Shown here: positions 24,110 through 36,930 of the stretch, piece by piece
How positions within the stretch are numbered: position 1 is the first letter of the stretch
How the letters are laid out: each line of letters starts with the position of its first letter
DNA from: Octopus sinensis
Lineage: Eukaryota
Length of the DNA: 64,000 nucleotides
Direction of reading: 5' to 3'
NCBI RefSeq assembly: GCF_006345805.1
Contig: NC_042997.1
Span: 138,818,001 to 138,882,000 of the forward strand
Translations under genes and position numbers: made by a program
Notes under the pieces: generated by a model
Told to the model about the DNA's origin: nothing
Database searches by the model: none
The model's input: the letters and a program-made list of their open reading frames with translations, nothing else

Positions 24110-25560
24110 GGTAAACATATCATTGGCATTGTTTTTTTATCTTCGCACCCCACATTTTGAATACTTCAATTTCGAGGTTTGGATCTTTTCGGTTTGAACG
24201 GCAGTTTTTTAAAATAATTTCCACGTAACTAAACACTTTTAAACTTCGTATACTGGTAGAATGTGTTTATAAAACATCTTTTTCTCTTGGCTTTATTGAG
24301 AAAATTCTATAGTTTGTATGATATTTTCTTTTTTTTGTTTCTTCAATTTCTGCAATTTCAACCAATCCATGACGTCTATTGAGGTGAAAACATTCTGTGC
24401 CGTATGAATATGTCCCTCATTTAAGAAACAGATTGGGTTTATTTACATCTGTGAAGAAAAAAAGATACCCTTCCCCCCACCCCTAACCCTAACCCTAAAA
24501 CAGAATGAAATGCAATAGATCGATACTAGGGTCATAATTATGGGTGACAATTTCATATGACACCGCTAGAAAAAAACTGCTGTTCAAACCGAAAAGATCC
24601 CCAGGTTTTTATACTTTGACAATTTCTCCATTCCTTTTTTGGCAAAATTTTGATCAGAAGGGACTGAAATATCTACCAGTAAGCAGATATTTTTCCCCAA
24701 TCCTTGACTATTATGTTGGGGCAATTATTATTATTTTTTTCTTTGTCGGTTTGAACCGGCACATCCCAAATGATTGTGGTCTGATCGTTGTCTTGTACCT
24801 TACTTGGCTTATATCACCTGTTGTTAGTTTTGCTGTTGTAATGTTGGCATATTGCCCAGTGGATATACCTGCGTACTTTGTCGTGTATATATATATATAT
24901 ATTCAGACTTGGCAAAGATTGGGCAGCCCGAGATGATATGGTCAACTGTCATATTGTGCTGATTGCATATTCTGCATTTGGTGTTGAGGGTTGTTTTCAT
25001 TATTTTGCTTTTATAATTTTTTGTAGTCAGGCCTTGGTCTTCTGCAGCGGGAATCAGTCCTTCTTTTGCAGTTTTTAGTCCAGAGCTTTTGAGCCATTGT
25101 TGGCTTTTATTTAGGCTCACTTCCTTTCTGTCAAGCATTTCAGGGTATTGGCCATGAAGTGATTTTTCTCTCCATTTCTTGAGTATCTTTTGTATTTCAG
25201 TTTTCATGTTGTTTTTATCTCTTTGAATGTTTCTGCTATGTTGTCATTTTAGGTCAGTGTGCCAGTGTAGTTTGTTTCTGTTTTGTATTTTATCGCCTTC
25301 TTGTGTATAGAGAAAAGCGTTTTCTTTTTCTCGTGTTGCTTTACTATATGTAAAGCAAAGAGTCTTCCACTATTTGTGTCTGAGTACTTTGCTAGTCCAA
25401 CTGTTATTTAATTCTCTATCTGTAACAGGCCACGGCCTCCTTCTAAGCGGGAGTAGATATATTCTGTCTACGTCTGCTTTGGGGTGGTGACTTCTGTTTT
25501 TTTCTGGTTTTTCTATCTAAGTTTCTCACTGGATGGTGGACAAGGCTGAAAGGCATGAGG
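24110..25560 (-). mobile_element. R4/Dong-type LINE 3' fragment (zinc knuckle and RLE), split by a MITE
   Basis: W.EKSLHGQY, SQQWLKSSGLK, CRICNQHNMTVDHIISGCP. The frame KLSKYKNL|EIEVFKMWG rejoins across 24181-24600. Confidence 0.85.
24181..24600. mobile_element. 420-bp MITE with 30-bp TIRs, 8-bp TSD and internal (CCCTAA)n
   Basis: GGATCTTTTCGGTTTGAACGGCAGTTTTTT and AAAAAACTGCTGTTCAAACCGAAAAGATCC (1 mismatch). Flanks CGAGGTTT and CCAGGTTT. Confidence 0.9.
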
Positions 25561-25589
25561 ACAGATACATTCCTCTTTGGTAGAGCTCT

Positions 25590-25870
25590 CATTAACTTAT
25601 TCAAGTTTCACTCGAAAAGAAAATAGAGGGTGGAGAGGGAAGTGCTGTCCTCGAGTAAGTTTACTGAAAGTTGGGTGAAAGTTGCGAAAATGATAAGAGT
25701 GGATGGTACCTTTCAAAGTGTAGACCTGTGAGTTGGAGAGGGCACTTGGTCTTGGGGTTTCAGGGAAATTTCGGACAGTGTGGTTCCTCGATTATCTCTA
25801 GAGACCTTTCTGTATCAGGAGGGCCACATCTCAATCATCCTTTCCGCCACTTTTCTTTTTTTTTTAAACC
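25590..25870 (+). mobile_element. Tx1-like LINE ORF2 C-terminal fragment
   Basis: Homologous to 61670-61810 (INFFKFH.KRK...ER.VL...KF.E.WV). Confidence 0.75.
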
Positions 25871-26314
25871 TTTGTATGCTATACATTTCTATGTCATTTC
25901 TTTTCAGTGTATATCATGTATAATTAATTTCTTTCCTTTTTTTATCATTTCATTATGTGTATGGGTGAGAGCCAACAGCATTAGCTCGATGGTGCGCATG
26001 TACGTGTTTTCTAGGATGCGTGTACGTATGCTATCAGCTATATGTGTATGTCTGCTATCACGCGTGCTCAAATATATGTGTGTATGCATTAGCTATGTAT
26101 ATCAGGTGAGTGTTTCAGTTGTATGTGTGTGTGTGTATACAAATACGTGTGCGTTAGTGCCTGCTGTATATGCGAGTATGTAGGATGCATGTATGGGTGT
26201 AAATGCATAAGGATGATTGGTGAACGTTAGTATGTACATTCTTGCATTTATTTCTGTACGTATGTACATGCGCATATTTGTCTGATAAAAACATGTTTGC
26301 GTGCATGGGTATGA

Positions 26315-26409
<95 letters not shown>

Positions 26410-26411
26410 TA

Positions 26412-26596
26412 TAAAGTTAATCCAAACAAGAAAACACAAAAAAACACAACAACGCGAGGACGTGGAACAAATATAGTATTATTGGACGCTCAGGAAAGAA
26501 GGGAAGAAGGAGGGATTAACGTTTCGAGCGGAGCTCTTCGTCGGAAACATAGGAGAAGGAAAGATCCAGAGAAGGGAAGACAGGAAAAAAAATCGA
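26412..26596 (-). mobile_element. Short repeat family H2 with hammerhead, 3' end at (TA)n
   Basis: High similarity to 35831-36020. Minus strand GTTT-CCGACGA-A-GAGC-TCC-GCTC-GAAA-CGT-T-AATC at 26548-26515. Confidence 0.85.
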
Positions 26597-26929
26597 TATA
26601 TATATATGCATGTATGAATTTTTTTTTAATATTTATGTGTGCGACCATGACTGGTGTATGCTAGCGTGGTTGCTTCTAGGGCGGGTGTAGGCGTTAGATT
26701 GAGGTTTGGTATTGTTGGGAAGTGAAAGAAAGAGAGGAAAAGCGCACGTGGATAGATATGTGTGTGCGTGTGTGTGCGTGCGCACTTACATATATGGAGG
26801 CGAACGCAGGCAGTCACAGAGAATGCATAAGGTTGGAAGTTCAACTTCTGATCTGCGTAGACATCGGTATAGGAATCCTGTTCTTTGTTCAGGGGCAGCA
26901 AGTATTGAGATGAAGCCAATATTAACGTG

Positions 26930-27390
26930 GTATATCTGGGTTTTCAGTGGTCTGTGGTTTGAAGTTCATCAAGAGGGTCTACTTCTGGTGGTAGTCATAA
27001 GGCAGTTCGTATTTCCTGTTGATAGGCAGGTTGGTAGAGAATATGCAGACTTTCGCAGAGATAGAGTTGGGTGCATCCCTGTGGATGATGGTTCATTTTA
27101 TGTTGGGAATTTCATTCCCGAGGTTACTAAGTATCCGGATGAAACGAGACAAATAGATGGAATTCTCTCTGTTCCTGCATCTAAATGAATGTTTATGCTT
27201 TGTGTATATTCCTTTCAAGTCATTAGCCATCACGCCTGCGTAGCACCTTGTGGTGACATCGGATGGCATTAGAGTAGCTCTGTAGAGTATATCCCCTGAA
27301 TGGCAGAATCCTCCTACTGAGCAGTTGATGGGCTTTCAACAATTAGAGTCTAGAGTTGGAGATTGTGCAGGTGCATATTTGCGTCTGAAG
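26930..27390 (-). mobile_element. Penelope-like element GIY-YIG endonuclease remnant
   Basis: Hand translation NC*KPINCSVGGFCHSGDILYRATL...RCYAGVMANDLKGIYTKHKHSFR....NSIYLSRFI..L......NIK*TII matches the layout of the Penelope GIY-YIG region. Confidence 0.75.
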
Positions 27391-27399
27391 TTGCGTGTT

Positions 27400-28230
27400 T
27401 AGAAATAACACCCATATCTCTCTCAAATCATACTGTGCCGTCTTAAAATGGGAATAACATGTTGGATAATATCATCGACTCCAGTGCTCAACTGGTACTT
27501 ACTTTATCGACTCCGAGAGGATGACACCCAAATTCGACCTCAGCGGTATTTGAACTCAGGAGGTAAAGAAAGATGGACGAAATACCGCTAAACCCTTTGC
27601 TCAGCATGCTAACAATTCTTCGAGCTCGCCGCCTTCTCTGTTACAAAATATTGGTTTTAAATGATAGCACAAGGCCAGCAATTTTGTGGTAGTGGGTAAG
27701 TCGATTACAGCGACTCCAGTACTCAACTGGTACTTATTTTCTTGAACCCGATGAAAGGCAGAGTCGACTACGTTGGAATTTGAACTCAGAACGTAAAGAC
27801 GAACGAAATGCTGCTAAGCATTTCGACCAGCGTGCTAACGATTGAGCCAGCTCTCCGCCTTTCTGACACAAAATATTTTTTTCTATTATAGGCAGAAGGC
27901 CTGAAACTTTGGGGAAGAGAGTTAGTCTATTACATCGACCCCGGTGCTTGACTGGTACTATGTTATCAACCACGAAAGGATAAAAGGCAAAGTTGACCTC
28001 GGCAGAATTTGAACTCAGAACATAAAGACGGATGACCCAGCGTGCTAACAATTCTGCCTGCTCACCGTCTTCTGTTACAAAATATCAGTTTCATATTTTG
28101 ACACAAGGTCAGAAATTGCGGTGTAGGGAGTAAGTTGATTATATCGAATCCAATTTTTAACTTATTTTAAAGACGGACGAAATGCCGCTAATCATTTTAC
28201 CTGGCGTGCTAACGAATTTGCCACCTCGCT
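27400..28230 (-). mobile_element. Cluster of four SINE A copies
   Basis: Repeated CTGGTACTTA.TTTATCGAC...GAAAGGCAAAGT.GAC...ATTTGAACTCAG. Confidence 0.8.
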
Positions 28231-28693
28231 GCCTTTTTCTCTGTTATAAAGTATTAAGGCACAATCGTAAAGTGTCAGAGGGTTATTAGTCATAAGTGTG
28301 TTTGCTCGATTAGTGTTGGTCTAGGGTTAACAGCAATACCAATACACAAAAACAACACTTGAATATATGGTGTCTGTCAAACACAGACAAAAATCTCAGA
28401 ATTGTTGCTGTTGTTTAGCTCTAGGCCCAATACGGTCTTTATTGATGTATCATCAAAGATATTCACTCTATTAACATCCAACTTGTTTCTTCTTTTTCTT
28501 TTTAGAAATAATGTGCTGCAGTTTACGATATATATTGGTTATGTCCTATTTTTCTCTTTATCAGACTAGGATGAGGTTTGAAGAAAATGTGGCAACTATA
28601 TCGTACAGTTCAGCTGAAGTACATAAAAACTTCTTCAAAGACTCTTCTTTTGTGATGATAAATCTCATAAGAAAGAACCAGTCCTCTGACACA

Positions 28694-29576
28694 CGAGGTC
28701 TGATCAATAAGTATTCAGACTCTTGCCACAGTAATGAAGCTAAAGCATGCAAAGTGAAGCCGCTTGGTAAAGATTGACCTTATTCTCTGCTGTGCATGCG
28801 CACTAAGTTTTAACGTTCTAGCTCACATCCGCTGTTTACAGCAGTGCTTGGAAGGAAGGTGTGTAGCGCGTGATCGTCGCATTGACTATGACAAAGAAAG
28901 TTGTCATGGTGATACCTGCTTAGAGGCTGACGCAAATTTGCAGAAAGTGTACGGACAGGAGTGTATAGGCCGCACACAAGTGTGTAAGTGGGTCAGACGT
29001 TTCCAAGATGGCCGAAAACATGCTAGTGACGAACGCTCTGGGAGACCTGCAGCTAGCAGAACTGAGAAAACCATCGCAGATGTGCATGCAGATGTAAAGG
29101 GAAATCATCGAATCACCATCCGTGAGTTATCAGAGGATGTGCAGATTAGTTACGGTTCAGTTCAGTCCATTATCACTGAAGATTTGGGTATGAGATGCGT
29201 GTCTGCCAAGTTTGTGCTAAAACTGCTTTCAGCAGACCAAAAAGACACTCGGGTTTCAGTTGCACAAAATCCCCTTGATTGTGTAGAGAACGATGACAAC
29301 TTTTTGAAAACTTTGCATAGGCCTCTGAGCAGGTATCACCAAGCGTTTAGCAAACTTTGATGCAGATTCTCTGCTCATCTTTGTCTGGTCAATGCGACGA
29401 TCACACGCTACACACGTTCCTTCCAAGCACTGCTGTAAACAGCGTTAGTTAGAACATTAAAACTTAGTGCGCATGCATAACGGAGTTCAAGGTCAATCTG
29501 TATCAATAGTTTTCATTCTGCGTGCTTTAGCTTCGTTACTATGGTAACAATCCGGATACTTATCGATCAATCCACA
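28694..29576 (+). mobile_element. Internally deleted mariner with ~190-bp inverted termini
   Basis: N-terminal transposase (VYG.EC..RTQV.KWVRRFQDG, DE.RSGRP, ITIREL, VSAKFVLKLL) with no catalytic domain. 28694-28880 is the inverse of ~29392-29576. TA at 29577-78. Confidence 0.88.
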
Positions 29577-29589
29577 TATATGATAGCGT

Positions 29590-30042
29590 ATTCTGTAGTG
29601 TTACAGTGTTCTTTCTAAGAGGCCGCATATTATACCCTCTAAGAAATATCATACATTATCTACTACGATATATATTTTAGTGCGTCCTCTAACAGATATA
29701 ATATTCTGACCTCTGAGAGTTATCAGGTATTGTCTTGTAAGAAACATCATATTGTGTCTTCTGACAGATAAACTAATTGGCTCTTTAAGAGATGTATACT
29801 TCAGTATTTTGTTTATAAGAGAATTTTGCTTCTTCTAATATAATTTTCTATCCTTTATGTCTTTTCGTCCGTCATCACTCCGTCAAATATATATTTATGC
29901 ATACATACATATATGTGTGTGTGTGTGCGCGCGTGCGTGCGCGTGTGCGTGTGCGTGTGTGTGTGTGCATATGTATGTATGTAAGTATGTATGTATGTAT
30001 TATGTATGTATATATATATACATATATATACAGGTATGTCAA

Positions 30043-30074
<32 letters not shown>

Positions 30075-30076
30075 TG

Positions 30077-30154
<78 letters not shown>

Positions 30155-30155
30155 A

Positions 30156-30234
<79 letters not shown>

Positions 30235-30440
30235 CATTTAATCTTTTTGTGCGGCCCGGTACCAAAGTACTCACAGCCCGGTACTGCTCGAAGAGATATA
30301 TTTTGTACTTTAATAGATATCACATTGTGGCATCTGAAATATACTAGCTAGTACCCTTTAAAGGATATCATTGTGTTTTCTGAGAAAATACAGTGCATAT
30401 TTTGTCCTTCCCGAAGTATCAAGATGTGTTCTAAGAAATA
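29590..30440. repeat. Degenerate ~22-28-bp minisatellite split by a (TA)n/(TG)n block (29885-30235)
   Basis: Recurring TGTGTC(C/T)TCTAAGA(G/A)ATAT-like units on both sides of the microsatellite. Confidence 0.55.
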
Positions 30441-31258
30441 TATTAATTTTATATTGTATTTGAAGGAACCCACATATCTGTAACCTTAAAATTATAGACA
30501 ATTGAATTTACTCATTATTTTATGGATTTGTAAAAGGCAAAGCAAATCCAAGTGTGATTTGAACTCAGATTCTAAAAGAACACAACTAAATATTTTAGGT
30601 ATTTTTGCTTTGAGTTTCGTGAAGAAATAACGCTTCTTCTAAACCACCACCCTCGTTCTAATAAGCTGTATTCAGTCTGCTATAATACATCACATTATAT
30701 TCTCTAATATAGTATTCACATTGTAGTAATATGTTGTATTTGTTTTAAGAGGCAGGTGCCGCTTCGATAAGATCAATAACAAAATAGAATTTTGTGGCCT
30801 TTTATGACCCATAAATATGTTTTGTCTAGGTAGAATACACAAGCATTCAGAGAAATGTAATTATCTTTAGTTTTGTGTTCTTGTCATCGTTTACTTGTCA
30901 ACAAACCTGCTAGTGACTCGTTAAGTGAATTTTCCAAAAGCAGCAGATGAGAATCATTTGCAGTGGAAATATGTCGCCTACGAACATTAATCATTGTTCT
31001 GTTTTAAGTATATTTGTGTGTGCAGAGTGGCCACTGGCATGTATTTGAATAGACAAGTAAGTGTATATTAATACAAGATAAATTCTTGATTTATTGAAAT
31101 TATCTGCGCTTTCAGAGAAAATAGGACAAAACAATCGTTGAGTGGAAATTGGAACCAGCTCCATAGGAAAGGGTTCATTAATCTTGAGAATGAAGAATGC
31201 TCCAAAATTTACTAAAATGAAAATGTTTCTACCTTAATAGGCATCATCCACACGGTAC

Positions 31259-31289
<31 letters not shown>

Positions 31290-31297
31290 GTTATTCA

Positions 31298-31403
31298 GTG
31301 AGAGAGCAGTGCATGCCATCAAAGTGACACTGGGGTAAAATATATGAAGCCAGTATACCCATCATGACTACCCGTCTGATATGGGTACATCAGGCACGTG
31401 CAT
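31298..31403 (-). mobile_element. Terminal fragment of the ~545-bp element, abutting (ATT)n
   Basis: GTGAGAGAGCAGTGCATGCCATCAAAGTGACACTGGGGTAAAATATA is the reverse complement of the element end at ~55005-55051. Confidence 0.85.
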
Positions 31404-31505
31404 TAAATGTGGGCGATTAAATAAGTACCAGTTACGCACTGGGTTCGATGTAATTGACTTAATCCCTTCCCCAAAGTTTGAGGCCTTGTGCTTCCAGTAG
31501 AAAGA

Positions 31506-31559
<54 letters not shown>

Positions 31560-31670
31560 TCTAGTTTGACTTTGCTTATATATGTACAAGTTGGCTCCAA
31601 GTCTCACCCAGAGACTTAAGAGACAACAGGTTGGAAGTTCACGTGTTATTATTATTATATTATTATATTA

Positions 31671-31705
<35 letters not shown>

Positions 31706-31809
31706 TATATTATTATTATTTATTATTATTATTATTATTATCATCATCATCATTATTATTATTATTATTATTATATTTTATTATTATTATTATTATTATT
31801 ACAAAGGCT

Positions 31810-31930
31810 TTGTGCTGGCAGAATCGTAAGAACACCAGGCAAAATGCTTAGAGGCATTGTGTCCGTCTTTACGTTCTGAGTTCAAATTCCGCGCCGAGGT
31901 CGATGTTGCCTTTCCTCCTTTTGGGGTTGT
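31810..31930 (+). mobile_element. SINE A, 3'-truncated
   Basis: GCTGGCAGAATCGTAAG...TTACGTTCTGAGTTCAAATTCC. Confidence 0.75.
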
Positions 31931-32541
31931 ACCATTGGTGTTCATTTCATCATTTGATAAAATAGTATTTACTTTCCGAAAGGTGAAGACAAACCAGAAT
32001 AATTTTTAAGCCAGACCTTCAACGAATGCAGGAAATAGAGCAATGTATGATCTGTTACATATAGTTTACATTTATTCCAGATCAATGCTTCTTATAAATG
32101 TAACAGCGGGTTTTTCTATTATAAGTTTTTCTAAATTATAACGTTTGTGCCATGTGTGCCAGAATAAATATATGCTGTCCTCTAGCAAGGCAGAATGACG
32201 CGGTCTTTAAGAGATATGTGTTGCAGCATTAGACATATTTCGAAGTAGATGACAAGACAGAAGTCGCAGTTATTTATGACTCATAAGCATTGTGTTTTTT
32301 CCTCGTGGAATGTGCAGATTTTCCCTCAGAAATTTCGTCATGTTTGACTCCATGTTCATGTCAACAACAGACTAGTAGCATGTCCGTAAGTAAATTTTCC
32401 AAATAACAGATGAGAATCATCTGCTGTGGGAAATTTATCGTCTTCTGAAATTAATCATCCTTCTATTTTACTCAAGCCACAAACAAATTCATTAAGCAAC
32501 AGTCATACACGCAAAACACACACACCACACACACACACACA

Positions 32542-32581
<40 letters not shown>

Positions 32582-32999
32582 ACACATACATACACACACA
32601 CACATTCTCTCTCTCACATACACACACAGGCACGCATTCATACATACATGCTTGCATACACACATACATGCATGCATACATACACACATATACTGAACTA
32701 CATACATACATACACACATATACTGAACTACATACATACATACATACATATACTGAACTACATACATACACACATATACTGAACATCGCACTCTACAAGA
32801 TTATTTGATTCATACACCATATTGAGATTATATGGATTTTATCGCATTTCTTGGTCATTTGACTTCAGGAAGATGTTACTGACCCATAGCATCACTCTTT
32901 TGAAAACACAAGAATTGCATATAGGGTTCGAACTCGCTTATTTTTCGTAAACATGGTAAAGCTCGTGGACACATCTTTATGAAAAGCGGCTCATGTGAA

Positions 33000-34230
33000 G
33001 GCCAAGAGACTGATGTTAAACCAGCACCTCGAAGCCAAACACATGGGTTGCATTGTCAGGGCTAGGCTACGTGTAGTGGGTTGTGAGGGAATCAACGCCG
33101 CAGGATGTGCCCGAGTGGTGGAAGCTCAACGTGGTAATGATGCCGCAATCTGATCTTTGACGAACCAACGAGGTAAGTTGATAGACAAACCCGAGGAAAT
33201 GTGTGAGGTCTTTCAGGAACACTTCGCCCAGATTTTCAGCGGGGGCGGCAGATGGGATAGTAGGAGGTACCTAACGGACTTCCTCGCCGGGCTGCCGCGC
33301 CTCTCGGGGCAAGACATGGAGTGTTGTGAATGGCCGATCACGCCTGAGGAGGTAATTGAGGCTATGGCAGATTGCGGCGCGGGTAAGGCGCCGAGACTGG
33401 ATGGTCTACCCTATAAGTTGTATAAGAGTATACTAGACTTGTCTGGGCACCTGTTGGCAAATGTCTATGCGAACTGGCAGCATAATGGGTTAATTCCCAG
33501 ATCTGTGTGCCTGGGAGTGGTGGCGCTTGTCCGAAAGGACCCTGACAAGGGGGATTCCATAGATAATTTCCGGCCCATCACTTTGCTAAACTCCAAGTTG
33601 AAGATTTTGGTCAAAGTGTTATCGAAAAGATTGGCACGTTTCGCGGATGGTCTGATCGGCGAGGCACAGACATGTACCGTTTCCGGCTGAACCATCCAGA
33701 ATAATCTCCATCTTATATGGTACACTTTAGAGGGGTTTAATAACGATTCTGGCGAGGGCGGGGCAGTGGTCCATTTGGACCAATCAAAGGCCTTTGATAG
33801 GTTTGACCATCGTTACCTGGTGTCCGTTCTGGCGCAGTTCGGCCTGGGTTTCGGCTTCCTCAGGTTGATCATTAAGATTTACGACAACATCGACTCGGTT
33901 CATCAAGGGTGTCCGCTCACCCCGGTTTTGTATGTGATGGCTCTTGAGCCATTACTGCGAAAATTGAGCGACATCCCGAGACGGCCGAATTGTGGAAAGT
34001 CGGTTTCAGCTTACGTGGACGACATCACCATCATCGTAACCGAAATGGATCACCTACAAAGGTTAGGCAAGACCATTGAGGAATACGAGATGGTGGCAGG
34101 AGCAAAGGTTAATCTTGAAAAGTCAGTTAGCTTGCAGCTCAGCACCTGGAGAGGCAAGTCGATGCCTTCTGACAGCGTCGTGGACGTTGAACGGAGGGTC
34201 CGATTAAGTTGCTAGGAGTTTGGTTCGGAC
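33000..34230 (+). mobile_element. Tx1/L1-clade LINE reverse transcriptase pseudogene
   Basis: GKAPRLDGLP, NFRPITLLN..LKILVKVLSKRL, LDQSKAFDR.DH.YL, QGCPL.P.LY..ALEPLL, AYVDDITI, GAKVNLEKS. One stop and an internal deletion before QGCP. Confidence 0.92.
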
Positions 34231-34449
34231 AAGACCTCCATAGCTCTCTTTCGTTTTTGCATGCTTTTGTTTGTGTCCTTCAAACAATTTTTATATTCCA
34301 GTCCAGATCTTTTTTTACCATTTAGTTTTCATTAGCAATTGGTTCAACATCTTTTTATTATATTTTCAACTTCTCAAGACTGATTTTAGCAAATCTTTGT
34401 ATCGATGTTTTCGTTCGCTTTACTTTTGCTTCTCAGCAGAAATCTCATT

Positions 34450-34850
34450 ATGGTAAAACCTTAGGGTTGCGATCATCCCTGTACTAAATCGCCAGTCTTG
34501 ATTGAAAACTAGCATAGTGCAAATTGATGAGATCCCTGGTCTCTCTAAAACCATTGTTTCTGATGTAAAAAACTTCCAGTTAATCCTAAAAATCTAACGA
34601 AACATTTTTGATGAAAGCTTTCTGAGAATTTTATATGGTGCCTGTAAACAGTCAATAGTTTTTCCCAATAAAGAAAAGAGTATAGAACAAATGCGCTATA
34701 ACGACAATTTTTGTACTGACCTTTTGAACTGACCTTGCAACAACTCACGATTCCAAAGAGAACCAAAAGACTTGCTTTTTGAATGCGAGATGCAATTTCT
34801 ATGTCCAAAGTTCTTTTTGAGTTAATCATGCGCTGAGGTATTTAAAGGAA
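34450..34850 (-). mobile_element. RTE-clade LINE fragment, post-RT region, degenerate
   Basis: LDIEIASRIQKAS, Y.AFVLYSFLY, TVYRHHIK.SESFHQKC. Confidence 0.75.
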
Positions 34851-35470
34851 TCGACTACAGCTAACCTTTCATCTCTCACATATAGTTGAGGAAGAGTGGC
34901 GGCCTGCTCAGGAGCGGGTTGATACATTACTACAGTTTTCTTAGCATTAATTATTAATCCAAGATGTCACAATGCTTTGATGGAGTTCTGTAAACCGATC
35001 CCGCTGTGAGATGCCCAGCCATAGTCATCAGTATGAAAGAGATTTCTAATTAGTGATTTAAATATCTTGCTCTAAAAGTTTAACTTGAGGAGATTAAAGA
35101 GGTTTCCTGCAGTACGAAAGCGGATATAAATATTCCATTCAGAGTCGCTAAAATCAAGACAACGTTTTTGCAAAGTAACCAAAAGTATGGGAGTATCAGG
35201 ATCACCTGCTTTACATCATTTTCCACTGCAAAGGTTTCTGAGAGTCCCACAAAAGTTAATTCTAGCCTTCATACCTTTAAAAAATAACCTAATTAAAAAA
35301 CAAAAATTGTCCGGGCATCAGCACTTTTTCAAAACAATCCAGAGCATATCCATATTCCCGCCTCAAAAGCCTTACGAAGATCTATAAAATAGCGATACAA
35401 AGGCATATTTTGTTCAATACACTTACCCTGAAGTTGGTGAAAAGTAAATATATTGATTATCTGTCTAGAT

Positions 35471-35610
35471 CAGCGGTTCTCAACCGGAGTCCACATGACC
35501 AAGCCCCAAGGTTCCGTATAAGATTGGGGGGGGGGGGCGATGCAAGTAAAATAGTAAATTGGGGATTCACAGTAGTATATTAGAGGTCCATGAAAAGACC
35601 CCTGATATAC
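35471..35610 (+). mobile_element. hAT-like MITE fragment
   Basis: Starts CAGCGGTTCTCAACC after GTCTAGAT. No clear second TIR. Confidence 0.45.
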
Positions 35611-35659
35611 TATTGTATTTATCATGCTGGAATACTGAAATCTACAAGTCTTTTTCATT

Positions 35660-35812
35660 CTCTTTCTCTTCATTTTCTCTTAATCCTTTCTGTTTAAGAG
35701 CATAGGCTCGAAACGTAAAATACTTTTTCATTCTTCCCGAGCGTCAAACTAATACACATGCTTGTTGTTCATACACCACTCTTCATCCTTTGTTTTTCTA
35801 TAAATGTCAACT
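35660..35812 (+). mobile_element. Family H3 copy with decayed hammerhead
   Basis: TTT-CTGTTTA-A-GAGC-ATAG-GCTC-GAAA-CGT-A-AAA at 35687-35720. Ends at (TA)n. Confidence 0.7.
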
Positions 35813-35830
35813 ATATATATATATATATAT

Positions 35831-36048
35831 ATAAAGTTAATCCAAACATGAAAACACAAAGAGAAAACACGACAACACGAGGACGTGGAACAAATATAGT
35901 ATTATTGGACGCTCAGGAAGGAAGGGAAGAAGGAAGGTTTTACGTTTCGGGCGGAGCTCTTCGTCAGAAACATAGGAAGAGGAAAGATCAAGAGAAGGGA
36001 AGACGGAGGAAAAAAATCGCGAACGGTACACACGCGGTCACATTTTGA
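35831..36048 (-). mobile_element. Family H2 copy, tail-to-tail with H3 across (TA)n
   Basis: Homologous to 26412-26596. Confidence 0.85.
35937..35971 (-). ncRNA. Minimal type-I hammerhead ribozyme with canonical core CUGACGA
   Basis: GTTT-CTGACGA-A-GAGC-TCC-GCCC-GAAA-CGT-A-AAAC. One stem II mismatch that is paired in the 26.5-kb copy. GUA triplet. Confidence 0.75.
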
Positions 36049-36274
36049 ATATATATAGATATATACAAAGAATATACACACATATTGTTTTTATCATTCC
36101 TCATATAGATAAGTAAATCACTAAATTCAAAACCTGCAGTTTCTAGAGCAACAAGTTTGCCATAAATGTCACACTGAAAATTGCTCTTTTAACCAAAAAG
36201 TAGAGGTAGCACTGTGTAAGTTGCATCCACTTAAGTGGCGATGAAACAATTGCAGTATTATGCAATAAAACATA

Positions 36275-36665
36275 TTGCTCTGAGTTGCTAGAATCGTTAG
36301 CACACCGGTTAAAATGCTTAGCAGAATTTCGTGCGTCTTCGTGTTCTGAGTTCAAATTCCACATAGGTCGATTTTGCCTTTCATAATTTCAGAGTTAAGC
36401 AGAGAGGTTGATGTATTCAACTTACACACTCGTCCGAAGTTGCTAGCGTTGTGCCAAAATTTGAGATCATTATTTTTATAAACTAAGGCGGCGAGTTGGC
36501 AGAATCGTTAGGATGTCTTTCGGTTCTCATTTAAAATGCCATTGGGTTCGACTTTGCCTTGCTTCCTTTCGGGTTCGATAAAATAACTACCAGTTAAACA
36601 CTGGGGCCAATTTAATTGATTTAATCCCTCTTCCGAACTTGCTGGCTTGTGCCAAAATTGAAAAT
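36275..36665 (+). mobile_element. Two SINE A copies
   Basis: GAGTTG(C/G)(T/C)AGAATCGTTAG heads, conserved core, GTGCCAAAATT(T)GA tails. Confidence 0.8.
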
Positions 36666-36764
36666 AATATTTATATAAACTCCAAAGACATTTACGTCTT
36701 TCCAAATGCTTCTTCGTAGACGGGCTTTCTAAAGCAAACTACAAGGTTTATAAATCCAAATTAA

Positions 36765-36897
36765 TATATATAATAATATATTATATATATATATATATAT
36801 CTATATATATATCTCCTGAGCGCCTATTAAAATAATACTGTAATTGTTCCTGTTGTTGTTGTTTTTTTGTTTCCCTTTTGGATTAAAATTATATATA

Positions 36898-36930
<33 letters not shown>

